Source: Escherichia coli (GTDB taxonomy: Bacteria > Pseudomonadota > Gammaproteobacteria > Enterobacterales > Enterobacteriaceae). Taken from it: a stretch of DNA of 42,065 nucleotides. Below, in pieces: positions 31,495 to 42,065 of this stretch (position 1 is the first letter of the stretch; each line of letters begins with the position of its first letter). A program made the position numbers and the translations under genes. The notes under the pieces were generated by a model. The model made no database searches. It was given only the letters and a program-made list of their open reading frames with translations, and was not told the DNA's origin. The stretch is taken from assembly GCF_003334255.1 (NCBI RefSeq), contig NZ_QOWU01000050.1. One strand, given 5' to 3'.

Positions 31495-34400
31495 TGATTG
31501 AACGCGGTAAATTTCGCTCACTGACGCTGATTAACTGGAACGGCTTTTTTGCCCGAACTTTTGACCTTGACGAGCTGGTCACGACGCTTTCTGGCGGTAA
31601 CGGGGCGGGTAAATCCACCACCATGGCGGCGTTCGTTACGGCGCTGATCCCCGACCTGACCCTGCTGCATTTCCGTAACACTACGGAAGCCGGGGCCACC
31701 AGCGGTTCGCGCGATAAAGGTCTGCACGGTAAGCTGAAAGCGGGTGTCTGTTATTCGATGCTCGACACCATTAACTCGCGCCACCAGCGCGTGGTGGTCG
31801 GTGTGCGTCTGCAACAGGTTGCCGGACGCGATCGTAAAGTGGATATCAAACCATTTGCCATTCAGGGACTGCCGATGTCGGTGCAGCCGACACAGCTGGT
31901 GACCGAAACCCTGAACGAACGCCAGGCGCGCGTGCTGCCGCTTAACGAGCTGAAAGACAAGCTCGAGGCGATGGAAGGCGTGCAGTTTAAACAGTTCAAC
32001 TCCATTACCGATTACCACTCGCTGATGTTCGATCTGGGCATCATCGCGCGTCGTCTGCGCTCCGCATCTGACCGTAGCAAATTCTATCGTCTGATCGAAG
32101 CTTCGCTGTATGGCGGGATCTCCAGTGCCATTACCCGTTCTCTGCGCGACTACCTGTTGCCGGAAAACAGCGGCGTGCGTAAAGCGTTCCAGGACATGGA
32201 AGCGGCGCTGCGTGAAAACCGCATGACGCTGGAAGCGATTCGTGTCACCCAGTCGGACCGTGACCTGTTTAAGCATCTGATCAGCGAAGCTACCAACTAC
32301 GTGGCGGCGGACTACATGCGTCACGCCAACGAGCGCCGTGTCCATCTCGACAAAGCCCTGGAGTTTCGTCGCGAGTTACATACTTCGCGTCAGCAACTGG
32401 CGGCTGAGCAGTACAAACACGTCGATATGGCGCGTGAGCTGGCAGAGCACAACGGTGCCGAAGGCGATCTGGAAGCGGATTATCAGGCGGCCAGCGATCA
32501 CCTGAACCTGGTGCAAACCGCACTGCGTCAGCAGGAGAAGATCGAACGCTACGAAGCGGATCTCGATGAGCTGCAGATCCGTCTGGAAGAGCAAAACGAA
32601 GTGGTGGCAGAAGCCATCGAACGCCAGGAAGAGAACGAGGCTCGCGCGGAAGCTGCCGAACTGGAAGTGGACGAGCTGAAAAGCCAGCTTGCTGACTACC
32701 AGCAGGCGCTGGACGTCCAGCAAACGCGCGCGATCCAGTATAACCAGGCGATTGCTGCGCTTAATCGCGCCAAAGAACTGTGCCATCTGCCGGACTTAAC
32801 CGCCGACAGCGCCGCCGAATGGCTGGAAACCTTCCAGGCGAAAGAGCTGGAAGCGACTGAAAAAATGCTCTCTCTTGAGCAGAAAATGAGCATGGCGCAA
32901 ACCGCGCACAGCCAGTTTGAGCAGGCTTATCAGCTGGTGGTGGCAATCAACGGCCCGCTGGCGCGTAACGAGGCGTGGGATGTCGCTCGCGAACTATTGC
33001 GCGAAGGGGTCGATCAGCGTCACCTGGCAGAGCAGGTTCAACCGTTGCGGATGCGCTTAAGTGAACTGGAACAGCGTCTGCGCGAGCAGCAAGAAGCCGA
33101 ACGCCTGCTGGCAGACTTCTGCAAACGTCAGGGCAAGAATTTTGATATTGATGAACTGGAAGCTCTGCATCAGGAGCTGGAAGCGCGCATTGCCTCTCTT
33201 TCCGATAGCGTGTCTAACGCCCGTGAAGAGCGCATGGCACTGCGCCAGGAACAGGAACAGCTGCAGTCTCGCATTCAGAGTTTGATGCAGCGTGCGCCGG
33301 TTTGGCTGGCAGCGCAAAACAGTCTCAACCAGTTGAGCGAACAGTGCGGCGAAGAGTTTACCTCCAGCCAGGACGTCACCGAATATCTGCAACAGTTGCT
33401 GGAGCGTGAGCGAGAGGCGATTGTTGAACGCGATGAAGTGGGCGCGCGCAAAAACGCCGTCGATGAAGAGATCGAACGTTTAAGCCAGCCTGGCGGCTCT
33501 GAAGATCAGCGTCTGAACGCGCTGGCGGAGCGTTTTGGTGGTGTGCTGCTGTCAGAAATTTATGACGACGTTAGCCTGGAAGATGCGCCGTACTTCTCAG
33601 CGCTGTATGGCCCGTCACGCCACGCCATCGTGGTGCCAGATCTGTCACAGGTAACTGAACACCTGGAAGGCTTGACCGATTGCCCGGAAGATCTCTATCT
33701 GATCGAAGGAGATCCGCAGTCATTCGATGACAGCGTGTTCAGCGTTGATGAGCTGGAAAAAGCGGTAGTGGTGAAAATCGCCGATCGTCAGTGGCGTTAT
33801 TCACGTTTCCCGGAAGTGCCGCTGTTTGGTCGTGCTGCGCGTGAAAGCCGTATTGAAAGCCTCCATGCCGAGCGTGAAGTGCTTTCCGAACGCTTCGCCA
33901 CGCTCTCCTTTGATGTACAGAAAACTCAGCGTCTGCATCAGGCGTTCAGCCGCTTTATCGGCAGTCATCTGGCGGTTGCGTTTGAGTCTGACCCGGAAGC
34001 AGAAATCCGTCAACTGAACAGCCGTCGCGTCGAACTGGAGCGGGCGTTGAGTAATCATGAAAATGATAACCAGCAGCAGCGTATTCAGTTTGAGCAGGCG
34101 AAAGAAGGCGTTACGGCGCTGAACCGCATTCTGCCGCGTCTCAACCTGTTGGCTGATGACAGCCTGGCGGATCGCGTCGATGAAATCCGCGAACGTCTGG
34201 ATGAAGCCCAGGAAGCCGCGCGTTTTGTTCAGCAGTTTGGCAATCAACTGGCGAAACTGGAACCGATCGTTTCGGTATTGCAGAGCGACCCGGAACAGTT
34301 CGAACAGCTAAAAGAAGATTACGCGTACTCTCAGCAGATGCAGCGCGATGCCCGTCAGCAGGCGTTTGCCCTGACGGAAGTGGTGCAGCGTCGTGCGCAC

Positions 34401-35954
34401 TTTAGCTATTCTGACTCGGCAGAAATGCTGAGCGGTAATAGCGATCTCAACGAAAAGCTGCGTGAACGTCTGGAACAGGCGGAAGCGGAGCGTACTCGCG
34501 CTCGTGAAGCGTTGCGTGGTCACGCAGCGCAGTTGAGTCAGTACAACCAGGTGCTGGCTTCGCTGAAAAGTTCTTACGACACCAAAAAAGAGCTACTCAA
34601 CGATCTGCAACGTGAATTGCAGGATATCGGCGTGCGCGCCGATAGCGGGGCAGAAGAGCGGGCGCGAATTCGCCGTGACGAGCTGCATGCGCAACTGAGT
34701 AATAACCGGTCCCGCCGCAACCAGCTGGAAAAAGCACTGACTTTCTGCGAAGCGGAGATGGACAATCTGACCCGCAAACTGCGCAAGCTGGAGCGGGATT
34801 ACTTTGAGATGCGCGAGCAGGTAGTGACCGCCAAAGCGGGCTGGTGTGCAGTGATGCGCATGGTGAAAGATAACGGCGTTGAACGGCGCTTACACCGTCG
34901 CGAGCTGGCTTATCTCTCCGCTGATGATTTGCGCTCTATGTCGGATAAGGCATTGGGTGCGCTGCGTCTGGCGGTGGCGGATAACGAACATCTGCGCGAC
35001 GTGCTGCGCATGTCGGAAGATCCAAAACGTCCGGAACGTAAAATTCAGTTCTTCGTGGCGGTTTATCAGCATCTGCGTGAACGTATTCGTCAGGATATTA
35101 TTCGTACCGATGATCCGGTGGAAGCCATCGAGCAGATGGAAATCGAACTTAGCCGACTGACCGAGGAGTTAACCTCCCGCGAACAGAAACTGGCGATCAG
35201 TTCCCGCAGCGTGGCGAACATCATTCGCAAAACCATTCAGCGCGAGCAGAACCGTATCCGTATGCTCAACCAGGGGTTGCAGAACGTATCGTTTGGTCAG
35301 GTGAACAGCGTACGTCTGAACGTGAACGTGCGTGAAACGCACGCCATGCTGCTGGATGTGCTCTCTGAACAGCACGAGCAGCATCAGGATCTGTTTAACA
35401 GCAACCGTCTGACCTTCTCGGAAGCGCTGGCGAAATTGTATCAGCGTCTTAATCCGCAGATTGATATGGGGCAGCGCACGCCGCAGACCATTGGCGAAGA
35501 ACTGCTGGATTACCGCAACTATCTGGAAATGGAAGTTGAGGTTAATCGTGGTTCCGATGGCTGGTTGCGCGCAGAGTCTGGTGCATTGTCGACCGGTGAG
35601 GCGATTGGTACCGGTATGTCGATTCTGGTGATGGTGGTACAAAGCTGGGAAGATGAATCTCGCCGCCTGCGCGGTAAAGATATCTCTCCTTGCCGCCTGC
35701 TGTTCCTCGATGAAGCAGCGCGACTGGATGCTCGTTCTATCGCCACGCTGTTTGAATTGTGTGAACGTTTGCAAATGCAGCTCATCATCGCAGCGCCGGA
35801 AAATATCAGCCCGGAGAAAGGCACCACCTATAAACTGGTGCGTAAAGTCTTCCAGAATACCGAACACGTTCACGTCGTCGGCCTGCGAGGATTTGCGCCG
35901 CAACTCCCTGAAACGCTTCCAGGAAGTGACGAAGCGCCTTCTCAGGCGAGTTAA
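31494..35954 (+). CDS. mukB: SMC-like condensin ATPase MukB
   Basis: 1486-aa ORF with N-terminal Walker [10 protein letters not shown], long coiled-coil arms and a C-terminal ATPase half; ATG shares one nucleotide with the mukE TAA. Confidence 0.97.
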   Translation: MIERGKFRSLTLINWNGFFARTFDLDELVTTLSGGNGAGKSTTMAAFVTALIPDLTLLHFRNTTEAGATSGSRDKGLHGKLKAGVCYSMLDTINSRHQRVVVGVRLQQVAGRDRKVDIKPFAIQGLPMSVQPTQLVTETLNERQARVLPLNELKDKLEAMEGVQFKQFNSITDYHSLMFDLGIIARRLRSASDRSKFYRLIEASLYGGISSAITRSLRDYLLPENSGVRKAFQDMEAALRENRMTLEAIRVTQSDRDLFKHLISEATNYVAADYMRHANERRVHLDKALEFRRELHTSRQQLAAEQYKHVDMARELAEHNGAEGDLEADYQAASDHLNLVQTALRQQEKIERYEADLDELQIRLEEQNEVVAEAIERQEENEARAEAAELEVDELKSQLADYQQALDVQQTRAIQYNQAIAALNRAKELCHLPDLTADSAAEWLETFQAKELEATEKMLSLEQKMSMAQTAHSQFEQAYQLVVAINGPLARNEAWDVARELLREGVDQRHLAEQVQPLRMRLSELEQRLREQQEAERLLADFCKRQGKNFDIDELEALHQELEARIASLSDSVSNAREERMALRQEQEQLQSRIQSLMQRAPVWLAAQNSLNQLSEQCGEEFTSSQDVTEYLQQLLEREREAIVERDEVGARKNAVDEEIERLSQPGGSEDQRLNALAERFGGVLLSEIYDDVSLEDAPYFSALYGPSRHAIVVPDLSQVTEHLEGLTDCPEDLYLIEGDPQSFDDSVFSVDELEKAVVVKIADRQWRYSRFPEVPLFGRAARESRIESLHAEREVLSERFATLSFDVQKTQRLHQAFSRFIGSHLAVAFESDPEAEIRQLNSRRVELERALSNHENDNQQQRIQFEQAKEGVTALNRILPRLNLLADDSLADRVDEIRERLDEAQEAARFVQQFGNQLAKLEPIVSVLQSDPEQFEQLKEDYAYSQQMQRDARQQAFALTEVVQRRAHFSYSDSAEMLSGNSDLNEKLRERLEQAEAERTRAREALRGHAAQLSQYNQVLASLKSSYDTKKELLNDLQRELQDIGVRADSGAEERARIRRDELHAQLSNNRSRRNQLEKALTFCEAEMDNLTRKLRKLERDYFEMREQVVTAKAGWCAVMRMVKDNGVERRLHRRELAYLSADDLRSMSDKALGALRLAVADNEHLRDVLRMSEDPKRPERKIQFFVAVYQHLRERIRQDIIRTDDPVEAIEQMEIELSRLTEELTSREQKLAISSRSVANIIRKTIQREQNRIRMLNQGLQNVSFGQVNSVRLNVNVRETHAMLLDVLSEQHEQHQDLFNSNRLTFSEALAKLYQRLNPQIDMGQRTPQTIGEELLDYRNYLEMEVEVNRGSDGWLRAESGALSTGEAIGTGMSILVMVVQSWEDESRRLRGKDISPCRLLFLDEAARLDARSIATLFELCERLQMQLIIAAPENISPEKGTTYKLVRKVFQNTEHVHVVGLRGFAPQLPETLPGSDEAPSQAS

Positions 35955-35958
35955 AATT

Positions 35959-35988
35959 AAGGCGGCAGCAATGCCGCCTTTTCTTTTT
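35959..35988 (+). terminator. intrinsic terminator downstream of mukB
   Basis: aaggcggc-agcaat-gccgcctt hairpin followed by ttctttttcc, 5 nt after the mukB stop. Confidence 0.8.
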
Positions 35989-36214
35989 CCGAAAACTCCG
36001 TTTCTGCACTAAAAAAGTGGCACATTACGGCGCGCTTTTCTTTAAACTTCTTTACATTAGGTTATGTAAAAACGTATCGGCGTTTATATACTGAAGATAA
36101 GCCTGATGAGTAACAGGCTTGCTCGTCATACTTTCGTGAGTATTGGCGTTGTACAGGCAAGTCGTAAAATAACAGCCTGGCTATTCAGAGTATGATAAAA
36201 ACAGGGGGCAAGGG

Positions 36215-38062
36215 ATGTTGCTTAATATGATGTGTGGTCGTCGGCTGTCGGCAATCAGTTTGTGCCTGGCCGTAACATTCGCTCCACTGTTCAATGCGCA
36301 GGCCGATGAGCCTGAAGTAATCCCTGGCGACAGCCCGGTGGCTGTCAGTGAACAGGGCGAGGCACTGCCGCAGGCGCAAGCCACGGCAATATTGGCGGGG
36401 ATCCAGCCATTGCCTGAAGGTGCGGCAGAAAAAGCCCGCACGCAAATCGAATCTCAATTACCCGCAGGTTACAAGCCGGTTTATCTTAACCAGCTTCAAC
36501 TGTTGTATGCCGCACGCGATATGCAACCCATGTGGGAAAACCGTGATGCTGTTAAAGCCTTCCAGCAACAGCTGGCAGAGGTGGCGATTGCCGGTTTCCA
36601 GCCGCAGTTTAATAAATGGGTAGAGTTACTGACCGATCCTGGTGTTAACGGGATGGCACGCGACGTAGTGCTCTCTGATGCGATGATGGGCTATCTCCAT
36701 TTCATTGCAAATATTCCGGTCAAAGGCACTCGCTGGCTATATAGCAGTAAACCTTATGCACTTGCAACGCCGCCGCTCTCGGTGATTAACCAATGGCAGC
36801 TGGCGCTGGATAAAGGTCAATTGCCTACGTTTGTTGCAGGACTGGCACCGCAGCATCCGCAATATGCGGCGATGCATGAATCGTTACTGGCCTTACTCAG
36901 TGACACCAAACCGTGGCCCCAACTGACCGGCAAAGCAACGTTGCGCCCAGGGCAGTGGAGTAACGACGTACCGGCGTTGCGCGAAATATTGCAACGCACA
37001 GGCATGTTGGACGGGGGGCCGAAAATTACTCTACCTGGCGATGACACGCCAACTGACGCGGTAGTCAGCCCATCCGCTGTTACTGTTGAAACAGCAGAAA
37101 CTAAGCCGATGGACAAGCAAATGACGTCTCGTAGTAAACCTGCGCCTGCCGTTCGTGCCGCCTACGATAATGAACTGGTGGAAGCCGTTAAACGTTTTCA
37201 GGCATGGCAAGGATTGGGGGCAGATGGTGCTATTGGCCCGGCAACACGTGACTGGTTAAACGTAACGCCCGCCCAGCGTGCTGGCGTGTTGGCTCTCAAC
37301 ATCCAGCGATTGCGCTTGCTGCCAACAGAGCTTTCTACCGGGATCATGGTTAACATTCCGGCCTATTCGCTGGTCTACTATCAGAACGGCAATCAGGTGC
37401 TGGATTCGCGAGTCATTGTCGGTCGCCCCGATCGCAAAACGCCGATGATGAGCAGTGCCCTTAACAACGTAGTGGTAAACCCGCCGTGGAACGTACCTCC
37501 AACTCTGGCACGCAAAGATATTCTGCCAAAAGTGCGCAACGATCCGGGATATCTCGAAAGCCATGGCTATACGGTGATGCGCGGCTGGAACAGCAGAGAA
37601 GCGATTGACCCATGGCAGGTTGACTGGTCTACAATCACGGCCTCGAATTTACCGTTCCGCTTCCAGCAGGCTCCAGGCCCACGGAACTCGCTGGGGCGCT
37701 ATAAATTCAATATGCCGAGTTCAGAGGCCATTTATTTGCATGACACGCCGAACCACAATCTGTTCAAGCGTGATACACGCGCATTGAGCTCAGGCTGTGT
37801 ACGAGTGAATAAAGCTTCCGATCTGGCGAATATGCTGTTGCAGGATGCAGGCTGGAATGACAAACGTATTTCTGATGCGCTGAAGCAGGGTGATACACGT
37901 TACGTCAATATTCGGCAGTCGATTCCGGTGAATCTCTACTACCTGACGGCCTTTGTTGGTGCAGATGGTCGTACCCAGTATCGTACAGATATTTACAATT
38001 ATGATCTGCCTGCGCGATCCAGCTCGCAAATCGTATCGAAAGCGGAACAATTAATCAGGTAA
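36215..38062 (+). CDS. ldtD: L,D-transpeptidase LdtD (YcbB)
   Basis: 615-aa ORF with signal peptide, peptidoglycan-binding domain and YkuD catalytic motif HDTPNHNLF...SSGCVRV. Confidence 0.9.
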   Translation: MLLNMMCGRRLSAISLCLAVTFAPLFNAQADEPEVIPGDSPVAVSEQGEALPQAQATAILAGIQPLPEGAAEKARTQIESQLPAGYKPVYLNQLQLLYAARDMQPMWENRDAVKAFQQQLAEVAIAGFQPQFNKWVELLTDPGVNGMARDVVLSDAMMGYLHFIANIPVKGTRWLYSSKPYALATPPLSVINQWQLALDKGQLPTFVAGLAPQHPQYAAMHESLLALLSDTKPWPQLTGKATLRPGQWSNDVPALREILQRTGMLDGGPKITLPGDDTPTDAVVSPSAVTVETAETKPMDKQMTSRSKPAPAVRAAYDNELVEAVKRFQAWQGLGADGAIGPATRDWLNVTPAQRAGVLALNIQRLRLLPTELSTGIMVNIPAYSLVYYQNGNQVLDSRVIVGRPDRKTPMMSSALNNVVVNPPWNVPPTLARKDILPKVRNDPGYLESHGYTVMRGWNSREAIDPWQVDWSTITASNLPFRFQQAPGPRNSLGRYKFNMPSSEAIYLHDTPNHNLFKRDTRALSSGCVRVNKASDLANMLLQDAGWNDKRISDALKQGDTRYVNIRQSIPVNLYYLTAFVGADGRTQYRTDIYNYDLPARSSSQIVSKAEQLIR

Positions 38063-38242
38063 ATGAAGTAGTTCGGGGAAATCAGTTGTCGTAATAATTA
38101 GCATGATTGGGGGCGATTCTCTGCAGCCCCCGTCACTGCTGGGGTTGAGTCATCTTGACGTCTGCTTTACGGGCGGTTAAGGTGCCTCTTGTGCGCCAGA
38201 AGTGCATATAAACGATAACATTGACCTGTAGACTTGATTATC

Positions 38243-38791
38243 ATGGACAAATTCGACGCTAATCGCCGCAAATTGCTGGCGCTTGGTGGCGTTGCACTCG
38301 GTGCCGCCATCCTGCCGACCCCTGCGTTTGCAACACTCTCTACCCCACGCCCGCGCATTTTGACACTCAATAATCTTCATACCGGAGAGTCAATCAAAGC
38401 GGAGTTTTTCGATGGCAGAGGCTATATTCAGGAAGAATTGGCAAAACTTAACCATTTTTTCCGCGATTACCGCGCGAACAAAATAAAGTCCATCGACCCA
38501 GGATTATTCGACCAGTTGTATCGCCTGCAAGGGTTGTTAGGCACGCGCAAACCGGTGCAACTCATTTCCGGTTATCGTTCTATTGATACCAACAATGAAC
38601 TACGCGCCCGCAGCCGTGGAGTAGCGAAGAAAAGCTATCACACTAAAGGCCAGGCGATGGATTTCCATATTGAAGGTATCGCGTTAAGCAATATTCGCAA
38701 AGCCGCGTTATCTATGCGCGCAGGTGGTGTAGGATATTACCCACGTAGTAACTTTGTGCATATTGATACCGGGCCAGCACGGCACTGGTAG
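38243..38791 (+). CDS. mepK: murein L,D-endopeptidase MepK (YcbK), Tat-exported
   Basis: 182-aa ORF starting MDKFDANRRKLLALGGVALGAAILPTPAFA (twin-arginine signal), peptidase M15-like domain. Confidence 0.85.
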   Translation: MDKFDANRRKLLALGGVALGAAILPTPAFATLSTPRPRILTLNNLHTGESIKAEFFDGRGYIQEELAKLNHFFRDYRANKIKSIDPGLFDQLYRLQGLLGTRKPVQLISGYRSIDTNNELRARSRGVAKKSYHTKGQAMDFHIEGIALSNIRKAALSMRAGGVGYYPRSNFVHIDTGPARHW

Positions 38792-38817
38792 TAATTGCTT
38801 AACGAAACAGGGGCAGT

Positions 38818-39465
38818 ATGAACTATCGTATTATTCCGGTCACCGCATTCTCCCAGAACTGTTCATTAATCTGGTGTGAACAAACCCGTCAGGCCGCACT
38901 GGTCGATCCTGGCGGCGATGCGGAAAAAATCAAACAGGAAGTTGATGACAGCGGCCTGACACTGATGCAGATCCTGCTGACGCATGGTCATCTGGACCAC
39001 GTTGGCGCAGCGGCGGAACTGGCGCAACATTACGGCGTGCCGGTTTTCGGCCCGGAAAAAGAAGATGAGTTCTGGCTGCAAGGCTTGCCTGCGCAAAGTC
39101 GTATGTTTGGTCTGGAAGAGTGCCAGCCGCTGACGCCAGATCGTTGGCTGAACGAAGGCGATACCATCAGCATAGGGAATGTGACTTTACAGGTGTTACA
39201 TTGCCCTGGGCATACGCCGGGTCATGTCGTGTTTTTTGATGATCGGGCAAAGCTGCTGATTTCTGGCGATGTTATTTTCAAAGGCGGAGTAGGGCGCAGT
39301 GACTTCCCGCGTGGCGATCATAATCAACTGATTTCTTCAATCAAAGATAAATTGCTGCCACTGGGGGATGACGTGATATTTATTCCGGGTCACGGACCAT
39401 TATCCACACTTGGTTATGAACGCCTGCATAATCCCTTCCTGCAAGACGAAATGCCCGTCTGGTAA
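38818..39465 (+). CDS. gloC: metallo-beta-lactamase-fold hydroxyacylglutathione hydrolase GloC (YcbL)
   Basis: 215-aa ORF with MBL motif [10 protein letters not shown]. Confidence 0.9.
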   Translation: MNYRIIPVTAFSQNCSLIWCEQTRQAALVDPGGDAEKIKQEVDDSGLTLMQILLTHGHLDHVGAAAELAQHYGVPVFGPEKEDEFWLQGLPAQSRMFGLEECQPLTPDRWLNEGDTISIGNVTLQVLHCPGHTPGHVVFFDDRAKLLISGDVIFKGGVGRSDFPRGDHNQLISSIKDKLLPLGDDVIFIPGHGPLSTLGYERLHNPFLQDEMPVW

Positions 39466-39478
39466 GGCACATAAAAAA

Positions 39479-39503
39479 GCCCGCTTTTAATGCGGGCCTG
39501 GAT
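39479..39503. terminator. hairpin gcccgc-ttttaat-gcgggc; with flanking A/T runs it reads as an intrinsic terminator on the minus strand (aspC transcript) and as a hairpin after gloC on the plus strand
   Basis: Perfect 6-bp GC stem; a tttttt tract follows the stem on the minus strand, an aaaaaa tract precedes it on the plus strand. Confidence 0.55.
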
Positions 39504-39528
39504 TTCTGGCAAAGTGCGCTTTGTTTAT

Positions 39529-39626
39529 GCCGGATGCGGCACGAGCGCCTTATCCGGCCTACAAAATCGTGCAAATTCAAAATATTGCAGGGGACGCGTA
39601 GGCCTGATAAGCGTAGCGCATCAGGC
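39529..39626. repeat. BIME: two inverted REP (repetitive extragenic palindromic) units
   Basis: gccggatgcggcacgagcgccttatccggcctac (39529-39562) and inverted copy gtaggcctgataagcgtagcgcatcaggc (39598-39626) match the REP consensus family as I recall it; located between convergent gloC and aspC. Confidence 0.75.
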
Positions 39627-39650
39627 AATGTTGCGTTTGTCATCAGTCTC

Positions 39651-39682
39651 AGCCCGCTTTTCAGCGGGCTTCATTGTTTTTA
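39651..39682. terminator. hairpin agcccgc-ttttca-gcgggct followed by tcattgttttt (plus-strand sense), immediately beyond the aspC stop
   Basis: Perfect 7-bp stem; T-tract on the plus strand only, so it may terminate read-through from gloC or stabilise the aspC 3' end. Confidence 0.45.
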
Positions 39683-39686
39683 ATGC

Positions 39687-40877
39687 TTACAGCACTGCCA
39701 CAATCGCTTCGCACAGCGGAGCCATGTTATCTGGTGTCATCCCGGCCACATTTACGCGACCAGAAGCAACCGCATATACGCCAAACTCTTCGCGCAGACG
39801 CAGCACTTGTTCTTTTGTCAGGCCACTGAAGGAGAACATGCCGTTCTGTTTGATGATAAAGCTGAAGTCGCGGTTTGCGCCTTTTTCCTGCAGCGTATTG
39901 ACGAACAACTGACGCATACGCTGAATACGCTGGCGCATATCAGTCAGCTCTTGTTCCCAAATCGCACGTAACGCATCGTTGCTCAGGATGGTGGCAACAA
40001 CAGAAGCGCCGTGTGCTGGTGGGTTAGAGTAGTTAGCGCGAATCGCCGCTTTCATTTGGCTGAATGCGCGATCAACGGTTTCACTGTCGGCAGCAACCAG
40101 AGTACAAGCGCCAACACGCTCGTTGTACAGGCCAAAGTTTTTAGAGTAGGAACTGGCAACAATCAGCTCTTTATGCATAGCCGCGAAAGCGCGCAGTCCT
40201 TCAGCATCTTCTTCCAGACCACGGGCAAAACCCTGGTAAGCGAAGTCAAACAGCGGTAACCAGCCTTTCTCAACGGAGAGTTGTGCCAGTGTTTGCCATT
40301 GTTCCAGCGTAGGGTCGATACCGGTTGGGTTATGGCAGCAGCCATGGAACAGCACTACGTCGCCAGCCTGAGCTTCATTCAGGCTGTTAATCAGTGCATC
40401 GAAGTCAAGAGTGTGATTTTCCGCATCATAATAAGCGTATTCACGAACTTCCAGACCTGCAGAGTTAAAGACGCTCTTATGGTTCGGCCAGCTTGGGTTG
40501 CTCACCCACACACGCTTAACGCTGGTATTTTTTGCCAAGAAATCGGCAGCCACGCGTAGTGCGCCAGTGCCCCCCGGAGTCTGTGCCGTGCGAGCACGTT
40601 TGTCATTGATCAGGGCGCTACCTTTACCAAACAGCAGTTCCTGAGTGCAGCGACCAAATTCAGGGATGCCGTCAATGCCGAGGTAATTTTTGGTGGTTTC
40701 ATTTTCGAGCAGATACTGTTCAGCCTTTTTCACGCTGGTCAGTACCGGGGTTTTGCCCGTCTCATCTTTATAGACACCAATCCCGAGGTTAATTTTGCCG
40801 GGACGTTCATCGGCACGAAACAGATCGGCCAGGCCCAGAATCGGGTCGGCAGGAGCGGCGGTAATGTTCTCAAACAT
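39687..40877 (-). CDS. aspC: aspartate aminotransferase
   Basis: 396-aa ORF ([46 protein letters not shown]...), PLP-lysine context [14 protein letters not shown]. Confidence 0.97.
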   Translation of the reverse strand: MFENITAAPADPILGLADLFRADERPGKINLGIGVYKDETGKTPVLTSVKKAEQYLLENETTKNYLGIDGIPEFGRCTQELLFGKGSALINDKRARTAQTPGGTGALRVAADFLAKNTSVKRVWVSNPSWPNHKSVFNSAGLEVREYAYYDAENHTLDFDALINSLNEAQAGDVVLFHGCCHNPTGIDPTLEQWQTLAQLSVEKGWLPLFDFAYQGFARGLEEDAEGLRAFAAMHKELIVASSYSKNFGLYNERVGACTLVAADSETVDRAFSQMKAAIRANYSNPPAHGASVVATILSNDALRAIWEQELTDMRQRIQRMRQLFVNTLQEKGANRDFSFIIKQNGMFSFSGLTKEQVLRLREEFGVYAVASGRVNVAGMTPDNMAPLCEAIVAVL

Positions 40878-41005
40878 GACGAGGTTCCATTATGGTTACA
40901 GAAGGGAAGTCCGCTATCAGGGTAACGGGAGATTTACAAAATTCCAACTATTACTGATGAAAACTCAGGCTGTTTTTGCAAGACGTGAGATTGCTCTGGA
41001 AGGTA

Positions 41006-41037
41006 TAAAAAAAACAGGACCAAAGTCCTGTTTTTTC
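41006..41037 (-). terminator. intrinsic terminator downstream of ompF
   Basis: On the minus strand aaaaaacaggac-tttg-gtcctgtttttttt, 25 nt after the ompF stop. Confidence 0.85.
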
Positions 41038-41061
41038 GGCATTTAACAAAGAGGTGTGCTA

Positions 41062-41988
41062 TTAGAACTGGTAAACGATACCCACAGCAACGGTGTCGTC
41101 TGAACCTACGCCCAGTTTGTTGTCAGAATCGATCTGGTTGATGATGTAGTCAACATAGGTGGACATGTTTTTGTTGAAGTAGTAGGTTGCGCCCACTTCA
41201 AAGTAGTTCACCAGATCAACATCACCGATATCTTCTACGTCTTTCGCTTTAGATTTGGTGTAAGCGATGGACGGACGCAGACCGAAATCGAACTGGTATT
41301 GCGCAACTAACAGAACGTCTTGCGTTTTGTTGGCGAAGCCGCTGGTGTTTGTAAATTTATTAGTGATCGGCGTAGCGTTACGGGTTTCACCGTAGTTCGC
41401 TGCCAGGTAGATGTTGTTCGCGTCGTACTTCAGACCAGTAGCCCACTGTTCAGCTTTTTTACCGTTGCCAAGAGGTTGAGCTTCTTGCAGGTTGGTACGG
41501 TCAGCTGCACCATAAGCACCAACGATACCAAAGCCTTCGTATTCGTAGCTGATAGAACCGCCAACACCGTCGCCGTTAGAGCGGCGTGCAGTGTCACGCT
41601 CGTTTTTACCCAGGTACTGAACAGCGAAGTTCAGGCCATCAACCAGACCAAAGAAGTTGGAGTTACGATAGGTAGCAACGCCGCCAACACGACCAACGAA
41701 GAAGTCATCGCTGTATGCAGTATCACCACCAAATTCTGGCAGCATATCGGTGTAACCCAGTGCATCATAAACCACACCGTAGTTACGGCCGTAATCGAAA
41801 GAACCAATGTCAGCGTATTTAAGACCCGCGAATGCCAGACGCGTTTTGTTACCAGTTTGAGCGTCAGCGCCTTCAGAGTTGTTACCCTGGAAGTTATATT
41901 CCCACTGACCATAACCGGTCAGATCGGAATTGATTTGTGTTTCCCCTTTAAAACCAAGACGGGCATAAGTTTTGTCGCCGTTTCCGCC
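41062..41988 (-). pseudogene. ompF: outer membrane porin OmpF, 3' portion only (precursor codons 55-362); 5' end replaced by IS1
   Basis: Minus-strand translation reads [33 protein letters not shown]...[13 protein letters not shown], matching OmpF from mature residue 33 to the C-terminus. Upstream of 41988 the frame runs into IS1 sequence and hits the insB stop codon at 42004-42006; no signal peptide or start codon is present. Confidence 0.85.
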
Positions 41989-42065
41989 GGTAATGACTCC
42001 AACTTATTGATAGTGTTTTATGTTCAGATAATGCCCGATGACTTTGTCATGCAGCTCCACCGATT
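41989..42065 (-). mobile_element. insB: IS1 right end (terminal inverted repeat plus last 20 codons of insB), element continues beyond the window
   Basis: ggtaatgactccaacttattgatagtgttttatgttcagataatgcccgatgactttgtcatgcagctccaccgatt is the reverse complement of the IS1 right terminus as I recall it. Minus-strand translation gives ...SVELHDKVIGHYLNIKHYQ-stop, the InsB C-terminus, followed by the terminal repeat GGTAATGACTCC. Confidence 0.85.

Noticed and set aside
29448-35903. Several 240-300-aa ORFs antisense to mukF and mukB (29448-30332, 31518-32345, 35169-35903).
   Set aside because: They are embedded in genes with clear identities; the antisense translations are Arg/Gln/His-rich low-complexity products of GC-rich coiled-coil coding sequence, with no start context.
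38113-38135. GC-rich hairpin gggggc-N11-gccccc between ldtD and mepK as a terminator.
   Set aside because: No T-tract follows and the loop is long; it may be a processing site or partial pause site, but the evidence is insufficient for a terminator call.
41631-41912. 93-aa minus-strand ORF overlapping ompF in another frame, and the ORF-track ompF call starting at 41775.
   Set aside because: The true ompF frame is open from the IS1 junction (41988) to the stop at 41062; 41775 is merely the first in-frame GTG after the insB stop. The 93-aa ORF is an out-of-frame artefact.

Overview
This 42,065-bp window is enterobacterial core chromosome. From the translated ORFs I recognise it as the Escherichia coli-type ycaC-pfl-serC/aroA-rpsA-msbA-mukFEB-aspC-ompF region (about 20-21 min on the K-12 map). 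I call 32 intact protein-coding genes: ycaC, ycaD, ycaM, ycaN, ycaK, pflA, pflB, focA, ycaO, ycaP, serC, aroA, ycaL, cmk, rpsA, ihfB, ycaI, msbA, lpxK, ycaQ, ycaR, kdsB, ycbJ, elyC, cmoM, mukF, mukE, mukB, ldtD, mepK, gloC and aspC. I also call several intrinsic terminators, a few promoter/operator candidates and a REP/BIME repeat. The one clearly non-core element is at the right edge: the last 77 bp (41989-42065) match the right end of insertion sequence IS1 and replace the 5' end of ompF, leaving only its codons 55-362. I saw no rRNA, tRNA, CRISPR array, prophage, integrase, restriction-modification or toxin-antitoxin module. I therefore find no support for a novel, undescribed system here; the findings are the IS1-disrupted porin gene plus regulatory and architectural details. 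All identifications rest on my recognition of translated sequence, motifs and gene order; no database search or folding computation could be run, and the regulatory sites are pattern matches only.
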